64,000 nt of DNA from contig JAPMXV010000050.1 of the NCBI GenBank assembly GCA_026936335.1, forward strand, positions 210,102-274,101. Reading direction: 5' to 3'. A model generated the notes under the pieces. The model did no database searches and was not told the origin of the DNA. It worked only from the letters and a program-made list of their open reading frames with translations. Positions within the stretch are counted from its first letter, which is position 1; each line of letters starts with the position of its first letter. Below, in pieces: positions 56,495-64,000 of the stretch. Both the position numbers and the translations under genes were made by a program. This DNA is from Mantamonas sphyraenae STR306. Lineage: Eukaryota > Protista > CRuMs.

Positions 56495-59400
56495 TCATTC
56501 GAGGCGTTGGCGTTTGGAGGAAGAGGAGGAGGAGGAGGAGGAGGAGGAAGGGTCTTTGCGCTTGGGGAGGGTGAAGGAGGGGATGGGGTAGGCGTTGACG
56601 AGTGCATAGGTGGTGGGGCGGGTGGTGATGTGGGGTGTGATGCGGTTGATGAGGGTGTGGAGTAGGGTGTGCAGTGTGGCGTCGCTGGGTTTGGGTTTGT
56701 CGAGCCAGGCGATCTTGAGGGAGAGGGAGGTGACACCGCGGTTGAGGGTGTAGCTGATGGCCTGCTGCACCTGCTGGTAGGTGAGGCGTGGTCTGAGAAG
56801 GCGGACAAGGAAGGCCAGGTCGACAGGCGGCACGCCAACGTTGCCCAGCGCCAGGATGATGTGTCGCAGCAGGGACAGCACGCTGCCGTTGTTGATCAGC
56901 TCACGCAGTGCCTGGTACTCGTGTGAATGCTGATGGCGAGGGTGCTTGGCTGCGCGTGCCTTCATGTGTGCCAGCAGCGCCTTGAACTCACGCGCCGTGC
57001 AGCTGCCACGCTCGTCGCTGAGAGAGTGCGATGCCCAGCCACTGCGCACAGACTCAGGATGCCACTTGTCCACCTCGGTGGTGGGAAGATGGTAGTCGTA
57101 GTCGCATTGTGTCCAGTGTGGGTCGCTGTCGTTGTCAGCAGGGTGTCGTGCTTTCTGCAGCCACAGCTGGGTCTGCTTGTGCTCCCGCCAGGTGCTGGGA
57201 TGTGGCCTGTTGCCAAGTGTGTCCATCTCAGTCAGGAGCAGGTGGAGGAGGGCGTGGTTGGGCTCGCCGTGGTCGTGTGGTTCCCCCAGCCAGCACACCT
57301 TCAACCCAGCCTTTGTCACCCCCATGGCCAGACCAGCGTTGGGGATGGCATTGCTGCACGCATGTTGATCCATGTTGCGGCCAAGAAGGGTGAGGCAGAA
57401 GGCCATGTCGCCCTGGGAGAGGGGAATGTTGCCCAGAGCGAGCTGAATCTGTCGGACCAGCGTACTCAGGGTGCCATGGCAGACCACAACACGCGCCTGA
57501 AGGTTCATGAGGTCTGGGATGTCGTCGATGGGATGCTCGTTGGCCAGAGTGTGCATGTGGTTCAGCAGTGCCGTGTGCTCCTTCTTGTTGCTGTGGCTGC
57601 GCTCGCTCTTGCGCCAGTTTGTCCAGCCACTGCGCACAACGCCATCTGGCAGCCCATCGTCCATGGCCATCTTCTCCTCCTCTGTGGACTCGTGCAGAAC
57701 AAGCTTGGGGATGCAGAGGGCGTTGACGGCGTCGGTGGTGGTGGGACGGGTGGTGATGTGGGGTGTGATGCGGTCGATGAGGGTGTGGAGGAGAGTGTGC
57801 AGAGTGGCGTCGCTAGGTTGGGGTTTGTCGAGCCAGGCGATCTTGAGGGAGAAGGAGGTGACACCGCGGTTGAGGGTGTTGCTGATGGCCTGTTGAACCT
57901 TCTTATAGGTGAGGCGTGGTCTGAGGAGGCGGACAAAGAAGGCCAGGTCGACAGGCGGCACGCCAACGTTGCCCAGCGCCAGGATGATGTGTCGCACCAG
58001 AGACATCTTGCTGCCGTTGTTGATCAGCTCACGCAGTGCATGTTTCTCGTGTGTGTGCTGATGGGGAGGGTTCTTGGCTGCGCGTGCCTTCATGAGTGCC
58101 AGCAGCGCCTTGAACTCCCGCGCCGTGCAGCTGCCACGCTCGTCGCTGATATTGTACGATGCCCAGCCACTGCGCACAGACTCGGGATGCCACTTGTCCA
58201 CCGTGGTGGTGGGAAGATGGTGGTCGTAGTCGCATTGTGTCCAGTGTGGGTCGCTGTCGTTGTCAGCAGGGCGTCGTGCTTCCTGCAGCCACAGCTGGGT
58301 CTGCGCATGCTCCTCCCAGGTCGCGGGATGGGGTTTGTTGCCGAGAGTGTCCATCTCAGTCAGGAGCAGGTGGAGGAGGGCGTAGTTGGGGTCGCCGTGG
58401 TCGTGTGGTTCCCCCAGCCAGCACACCTTCAACCCAGCCTTTGTCACACCCATGGCCAGACCAGCGTGGTGGATGGCAGCACTGCACGCCACTTGATCCA
58501 CAACACGGCCGAGAAGGGTGAGGCAGAAGGCCATGTCGCCCTGGGAGAGGAGAATGTTGCCCAGACCGAGCTGAATCTGTCGGACAAGCGTCAAGAGGGT
58601 GCCATGGCAGACCACAACACGCGCCTGCAGGGTCACGAGGTCGGAGATGTGGTCGATGGGATGCTCATTGGCCAGGGTGTGCATGTGCCTCAGCAGAGTC
58701 GTGTGCTCCTTCTTGTTGCTGCGGCTGCGCTCGTCACTGATTCTCGCTGTCCACCCTTTGCGCACAACACCACCTGGCAACTTGTTCGATTTGTCCACGC
58801 CTGCTTTCTTCCGTGCGCCAGTGTCTCCGTTCTTGGCACTCCTTGTCCGTGTGCTCGACGTTCCTGTCTCTGTGCCACTGCCAGCCGTGACCCTGCGCCT
58901 GTGCTGTCCGTTGTCTTTCATCTTTTGTGGATCAACAGGACGGCTGGTGTGGCTTCCTCGACGCCGTTTTTGACCTCTTCGTGTGTGTCTCGGCTGCCAT
59001 TCGTCCGTGTCCTCCTGCTGCATGTCGTCTGCGTCGTCGTCGCTGTCATCTTGCGGCATGTACTCCCCATCCATGGCATCACCAATGTCTGCAGAGCTGG
59101 GTGCGCCATGAGTTTCCAACTCGTCGTCCAGGTGCTGCTGGGTTGCATCGTCTGCGTCGCCGTCTTCTTCGTACGCCTCCATCCCTGAGCTGGTCATCCA
59201 CCCTGAGTTGCTGGAGATTGACCGTGGTTCTCGGTGGCCAAAGTTCAGAAACATCAGGTCCTCCACGTCGCCGGTGTCATGTGTGGGTGTATCCTGTTCT
59301 GCGTCGTCGTCGTCGCTGTCTCCAGTCTGCCGTGTGGCCTGGTGGGAGGAGACTGATGCGACGATGTGTGGTGGTGGCATGTGCAACGGAGTCCGTGTGA

Positions 59401-59700
59401 TTCCGACAAACACTGGGCTGACACGTGCTTGGTGGACGCCGTTGTGGTTTCCGGTGTGGTACGGGTTTTTGAGTAGGCGGAGGGTGCAACGGAGGCTGAG
59501 CGAAGTGCATCTGGGCGGTTTGTCGCGGCTGCGGAGGCGGCGGAGGAGGATAGGCGTAGTATGGGTGGCTGTGATGAGCATATGCGTGTCCTTGTCCATG
59601 GTGATGGTAGTGGTACTGGAGTGTATGTGGATTGTGTTGGACTGGTGGAGGGTGTTGTGGGTGTTGGTAATACTTTGGTTGAAGGGGGATGGGTGGGCTG
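56495..59700 (-). pseudogene. Subtelomeric repeat-domain gene, copy 1 (5'-truncated; frameshift in the Pro/His-rich N-terminus near 59466)
   Basis: Near-identical to 59896-63078 over ~900 aa; its N-terminal P/Q region is read in another frame and abuts an LRR-gene tail remnant at ~59700. Confidence 0.55.
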
Positions 59701-59864
59701 CACAGGTGGACGAGGCTAAAGAGACGGGGTTGGTGATGATAGGGAGGCGATGTTTGCGTGTGGAGTGATGGAGGAGTATGTGGAGGAGAGAGGGTGGGAA
59801 GGGTGGGTGACACCGCCGAATGAGGTGATGGAGAGGGTGGTTGGGCGGATGGGGAGGTGAGGGT
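59701..59864 (+). pseudogene. Degenerate copy of the LRR-ankyrin gene 3' end
   Basis: Sequence parallels 56290-56464 and 54730-54896 (ggtggacgagg...ttggtgatga...atgttt...gagtatgtggaggag...gggtgggtgaca..gaggtgatggagagggtg). Confidence 0.7.
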
Positions 59865-59895
59865 GAGTGGGAGGGAGTGGGAATGAAAGGGTGGT

Positions 59896-62800
59896 TCATT
59901 CGAGGCGTTGGCGTTTGGAGGAGGAGGAGGAGGAGGAAGGGTCTTTGCGCTTGGGCAGGGTGAAGGAGGGGATGGGGTAGACGTTGACGAGTGCGGAGGT
60001 GGTGGGGCGAGTGGTGATGTGGGGTGTGATGCGGTCGATGAGGGTGTGGAGGAGGGTGTGCAGTGTGGCGTCGCTGGGTTGGCGGTTGTCGAGCCAGGCG
60101 ATCTTGAGGGAGAGGGAGGTGACGCCGCGGGTGAGGGTGGCGCTGATGGCACCTTGAACCTGCTGGTAGGTGAGTTGTGGCCTGAGGAGGCGGACAAAGA
60201 AGGCCAGGTCGACAGGCGGCACGCCAACGTTGCCCAGCGCCAGGATGATGTGTCGCAGCAGGGACATCAAGCTGCCGTTGTTGATCAGCTCACGCAGTGC
60301 CTGGTACTCGTGTGAATGCTGATGGCGAGTGTACTTGGCTGTGCGTGCCTTCATGTGTGCCATCAGCGTCTGGAACTCCCGCGCCGTGCAGCTGCCACGC
60401 TCGTCGGTCGCGTCACCCCGGGTCTTTCTCCAGCCGCTGCGCACAGACACCGGATGCCACTTGTCCACCTTGGTGGTGGTGAGGTGGTGGTCGTAGTCGC
60501 ATTGTGTCCAGTGTGGGTCGCTGTCGTTGTCAGCAGGGCGTCGTGCTTCCTGCAGCCACAGCTGGGTCTCCTTGTGCTCCTTCCAGGTGGTAGGATGGGG
60601 CCTGTTGCCAAGAGAATCCATCTCTGTCATAATCAGGTGGAGGAGGGTGTAGTTGGAGTCGCCGTGGTCGTGTGGCTCCTCCAGCCAGAACACCTTCAAC
60701 CCAGCCTTTGTCACTCCCATGGCCAGACCGGCGTCGTGGATGGCATGACTGCACGCCTGTTGATCAATGTCACGGCCGAGGAGGGTGAGGCAGAAGACCA
60801 TGTCGCCCTGGGAGAGGGGGATGTTGCCCAGAGCGAGCTGAATCTGTCGGACGAGCGTCAACTGGGTGCCATGGCAGACCACAACACGCGCCTGCAGTCC
60901 CATGAGGTCGGGGATGTCGTCGTTGGGGTGCTCGTTGGCCAGCGTGTGCATGTGCCTCAGCAGTGCCCTGTGCTCCTTCTTGTTGCTGTGCATGCGCTCG
61001 CTCTTGCGCCAAAACGTCCAGCCACTGCGCACGACACCATCTGGCAGTCCATCCTCCACGGCCATCATCTCCTCCTCTGTTGGCTCGGGCAGAACAAGCA
61101 TGGGGATGTCGAGGGCGTTGACTGCGTCGACGGTGGTGGGCCGGGTGGTGATGTGGGGTGTGATGCGGTCGATGAGGGTGTGGAGGAGGGTGTGCAGTGT
61201 GGCGTCGCTGGGTTTGGGTTTGTCGAGCCAGGCGATCTTGAGGGAGAGGGGGGTGACGCCGCGAGTGAGGGTGGCGCTGATGGCACCAACCACCTGCTGG
61301 TAGGTGATGCGTGGCCTGAGAAGGCGGACAAAGAAGGCCAGGTCGACAGGCGGCACGCCAACGTTGCCCAGCGCCAGCATGATGTGCCGCACCAGTGACT
61401 TCAGGTTGCCGTTGTTGACCAGCTCACGCAGTGCCTGGTGCTCGTGTGCGTGCTGATGGCGAGGGTGCTTGGCTGCGCGTGCCTTCATGTGTGCCAGCAG
61501 CGTCTGGAACTCCCGTGCCGTGCAGCTGCCACGCTCGTCGCAGGTAGGGCCACTGTTCCAACCACTGCGTACTGACTCGGGATGCCATTTTCCCACATTG
61601 GTGGTGGTGAGATGGTGGTCGTAGTCGCATTGTGTCCAGTGTGGGTCGTTGTCATTGTCAGCAGGGCGTCGTGCTATCTGCAGCCACAGCTGGGTCTCCT
61701 TGTGCTCCTTCCAGGTGGTGGGATGGGGCCTGTCGCCAACAGTGTCCATCTCTGACATGAGCAGGTGGAGGAGGGCGTAGTTGGGGTCGCCGTGGTCGTG
61801 TGGCTCCTCCAGCCAGAACACCTTCAACCCAGCCTCTGTCACACCCTTGGTCAAACCAGAGTCACGGATGGCAGCACTGCACGCCAGTGGATCCATCTCA
61901 CGGCCGAGAAGGGTGAGGCAGAGGGCCACGTCGCCCTGGGAGAGGGGAATGTTGCCCAGACCGAGCTGAATCTGTCGGACAAGCGTCAACAGGGTGCCAT
62001 GGCAGACCACAACACGCGCTTGCAGGGTCATGAGGTCTGGGATGTCGTCGATGGGATGCTCGTTAGCCAGGGTGTGCATGTGGTTCAGCAGTGTCGTGTG
62101 CTCCTTCTTGTTGCTGTGGCTGCGCTCGTCACTGATTCCAGCTGTCCACCCTTTGCGCACAACCACAACTGGCAGCTTGTTCTTCCTGGTCACGCCTGCT
62201 TCCATCCGTGCGCCGGTGTCTCCGTTCTTGGCCCTCCTTGCCCGTGTGCTCGACGTTCCTGTCTCTGTGCCACTGCCAGCCGTGACCCTGAGCCTGCGCT
62301 GTCCGCTGCCTTTCATCGAGTGTGAACCAGTGAGTCGAGTGGCGTGGTTTCCTCGTCGTGTGCGGACTCTTCTTGTGCGCCCCGAATGCCATTCGTCCGT
62401 GTCCTCCTGTTCCATGTCGTCTGCGTCGTCGTCGCTGTCATCTTGCGGTATGTACTCCTCATCCATGGCATCACCAGTGTCTGAGAAGCTAAGTGTGCCC
62501 TGAGTTTCCGACTCGTCATCCGCGTGCTGCTGGGTTGCGTGGTTTGCCTCGCCGTCTTCATCGTACGCCTCCATCCACGAGCTGGTCAGCCACTGAGAGT
62601 TGCTGGAGATTGACCGTGGTTCACGGTGGCCGAAGTTCAGGAACATCTGGTCCTCCACGTCGCCAGTGTCATGTGTGTGGGTGTCCTGGTCTGCGTCGTC
62701 GTCGTCGCTGTCTCCAGTCTGCCGTGTGGCCTGGTGGGAGGAGGACGACGATGTGTTGGTGGATGTGGTCCGTGTGATGCCAACAAAGGCAGGGCTGATG

Positions 62801-63078
62801 CGTTTGGGGACGCGGTTGTGGTTGGTGGTGGGTTGAGCAGGCGGAGGGTACGACGGAGGCTGGGCGAAGTGCATCTGGGCGGTTTGTCGCGGCTGAGGAG
62901 GCGGCGGAGGAGGGTAGGCGTAGTATGGGTGGCCCAGATGGGCGCATGCGTGGTGCTGCTGGGAGTGGGTGTTGACAGGGACCCAGATGATGGGTGGTTG
63001 TGGGTGCTGGTACGGGTTTTGTACGCCAGAAACGGGCAGCACGCTCGCAAACGGCTGGGCAGCCATGGGAGGGACCAT
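59896..63078 (-). CDS. Subtelomeric repeat-domain protein, copy 2 (1,060 aa): P/Q-rich N-terminus, acidic tract, 2 x 376-aa repeat, C-terminal NLS-like motif
   Basis: Internal repeat spaced 1,128 nt; four VR(S/K)GW...LK(V/I)xWL modules; ends KRKDPSSSSSSSKRQRLE. Confidence 0.75.
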   Translation of the reverse strand: MVPPMAAQPFASVLPVSGVQNPYQHPQPPIIWVPVNTHSQQHHACAHLGHPYYAYPPPPPPQPRQTAQMHFAQPPSYPPPAQPTTNHNRVPKRISPAFVGITRTTSTNTSSSSSHQATRQTGDSDDDDADQDTHTHDTGDVEDQMFLNFGHREPRSISSNSQWLTSSWMEAYDEDGEANHATQQHADDESETQGTLSFSDTGDAMDEEYIPQDDSDDDADDMEQEDTDEWHSGRTRRVRTRRGNHATRLTGSHSMKGSGQRRLRVTAGSGTETGTSSTRARRAKNGDTGARMEAGVTRKNKLPVVVVRKGWTAGISDERSHSNKKEHTTLLNHMHTLANEHPIDDIPDLMTLQARVVVCHGTLLTLVRQIQLGLGNIPLSQGDVALCLTLLGREMDPLACSAAIRDSGLTKGVTEAGLKVFWLEEPHDHGDPNYALLHLLMSEMDTVGDRPHPTTWKEHKETQLWLQIARRPADNDNDPHWTQCDYDHHLTTTNVGKWHPESVRSGWNSGPTCDERGSCTAREFQTLLAHMKARAAKHPRHQHAHEHQALRELVNNGNLKSLVRHIMLALGNVGVPPVDLAFFVRLLRPRITYQQVVGAISATLTRGVTPLSLKIAWLDKPKPSDATLHTLLHTLIDRITPHITTRPTTVDAVNALDIPMLVLPEPTEEEMMAVEDGLPDGVVRSGWTFWRKSERMHSNKKEHRALLRHMHTLANEHPNDDIPDLMGLQARVVVCHGTQLTLVRQIQLALGNIPLSQGDMVFCLTLLGRDIDQQACSHAIHDAGLAMGVTKAGLKVFWLEEPHDHGDSNYTLLHLIMTEMDSLGNRPHPTTWKEHKETQLWLQEARRPADNDSDPHWTQCDYDHHLTTTKVDKWHPVSVRSGWRKTRGDATDERGSCTAREFQTLMAHMKARTAKYTRHQHSHEYQALRELINNGSLMSLLRHIILALGNVGVPPVDLAFFVRLLRPQLTYQQVQGAISATLTRGVTSLSLKIAWLDNRQPSDATLHTLLHTLIDRITPHITTRPTTSALVNVYPIPSFTLPKRKDPSSSSSSSKRQRLE

Positions 63079-63459
63079 GTACCCGTAGCTGTGGGGAGGA
63101 AGGGAGGGGCAGAGCGGAGTGGGACTGGTGAGCGGAAGGCGGAATGGACGCCGTCAGGGCAGAAGCGGAGTGAAGGGAGGCTGGAACGAGCAGAGAGGGG
63201 AAAACGAAGGAGATTGGCTGACCGGGAAACCGGCAACGGGGAGGGCAGTGACAGGGGAGATGGGGATCGGAGAAGGGCAGAGAAGGCAGCAACGGTGGTG
63301 ATGGGGAAGTGGAGATGCAGGGGACGAGTGCAGGGAAGCGACGGAGGCATGGAGGAGGGAAGGAAGCGAGAGAAGCGGGCAGTCAGAAAACGGAGTGGAA
63401 GGCAGAACGCACGCTGGGTAGGTGTTGGGTGTGTGTTGTTGCGTCGGAGTGCTTGAGTA

Positions 63460-63555
63460 GTCCTTGTCCATGGTGGTAGTGGTGGTAGTGGAGTGTATGT
63501 GGATTATGTTGGACTGGTGGAGGGAGTTGTGGGTGTTGGTGATATTTTGGTTGAA
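63460..63555 (-). repeat. Duplicated fragment of the repeat-domain gene N-terminus (matches 59588-59683)
   Basis: Near-identical 96-bp block encoding QPKY(Y/H)QHPQ..PPVQHNPHTL..H..HHGQG. Confidence 0.75.
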
Positions 63556-63747
63556 CGCGGATGGGCAGTGCTGACTGCGCGGCGTTGCAGGACGACGGCC
63601 ACTCACCAGCGACATTTCCACTCCCACCCATTGCCCAATGCCCCATGTCACCACCCAACTCAGCCACCCCGCCAGCAGACACAAGCACAACTCACATGAC
63701 ATAGACCAGACTCATCACATCACCATTGTATGATATACGACATAGGA

Positions 63748-64000
63748 TTAGGGTTAGGGTTAAGGTTAGGGTCAGGGTTAGGGTTAGGGGTAGGGTTAGG
63801 GTTAGGGCTAGGGTTAGGGTTAGGGTTAGGGTTAGGGTTAGGGTTAGGGTTAGGGTTAGGGTTAGGGTTAGGGTTAGGGTTAGGGTTAGGGTTAGGGTTA
63901 GGGTTAGGGTTAGGTTAGGGTTAGGGTTAGGGTTAGGGTTAGGGTTATGGGTTAGGGTTAGGGTTAGGTAGGTTAGGATTAGGGTTAGGGTTAGGGTTAG
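63748..64000 (+). repeat. Telomeric (TTAGGG)n array with variant units
   Basis: Tandem TTAGGG to the window end; variants TTAAGG, TCAGGG, CTAGGG, TTAGG and TTATGGG. Confidence 0.99.

Noticed and set aside
29090-59470. Multiple frameshifts (~29095, ~30750, ~33328, ~35690, ~42790, ~54237, ~56381, ~59466) as programmed ribosomal frameshifting
   Set aside because: Nearly all are 1-nt losses or gains in short G/A runs with no shared slippery motif, and the paralogous LRR tails show the missing G. Long-read assembly error is more likely.
56495-63078. Repeats as a CRISPR array or a telomeric retrotransposon
   Set aside because: The repeats are kilobase-scale coding duplications without spacers, and no reverse transcriptase, endonuclease or helicase motifs are visible.
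337-63700. Many long antisense or alternative-frame ORFs (e.g. 43395-45860, 40706-42982, 56927-59188)
   Set aside because: Shadow ORFs expected from high GC and biased codon use opposite real genes; low-complexity translations with no motifs.
63726-63971. ORFs encoding (VR)n and (GL)n
   Set aside because: They are simply translations of the TTAGGG telomere array.

Overview
Telomere-terminal 64 kb of a GC-rich, very gene-dense eukaryotic chromosome, ending in TTAGGG repeats. It is most likely a flagellated protist: it has short GT-AG introns with CTGAC/CTAAC-type branch points, a mitochondrial FtsZ, IFT54, a giant ASH-domain ciliary protein and an Integrator subunit. Positions 1-46 kb hold tightly packed housekeeping genes (IscA, eS10, MRB1590-like ABC-ATPase, NDOR1, INTS13-like, HAD, TRM61, Rab24-like, ABHD13, R3HDM4, FtsZ, CCDC137). 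They also hold several unusual fusions: a dead tandem GH16 ectodomain-TM-RING-H2, a beta-propeller-ALG3 and a GHKL ATPase-RING. The standout locus is 45985-51401 (minus strand). It has a Fanzor/TnpB-type RuvC-zinc-finger nuclease with an apparently intact D-E-D triad, probably joined to a ~1,250-aa upstream ORF (a ~1,700-aa 'giant' Fanzor). Immediately downstream is a ~160-nt highly base-paired non-coding segment, a strong omegaRNA candidate. The subtelomere holds IFT54, two LRR-ankyrin paralogues and a tandemly duplicated orphan family with four repeated putative helix-turn-helix-like modules. Several single-base frameshifts in short homopolymers look like assembly errors. All family calls come from motif recognition by eye; no database searches were run.
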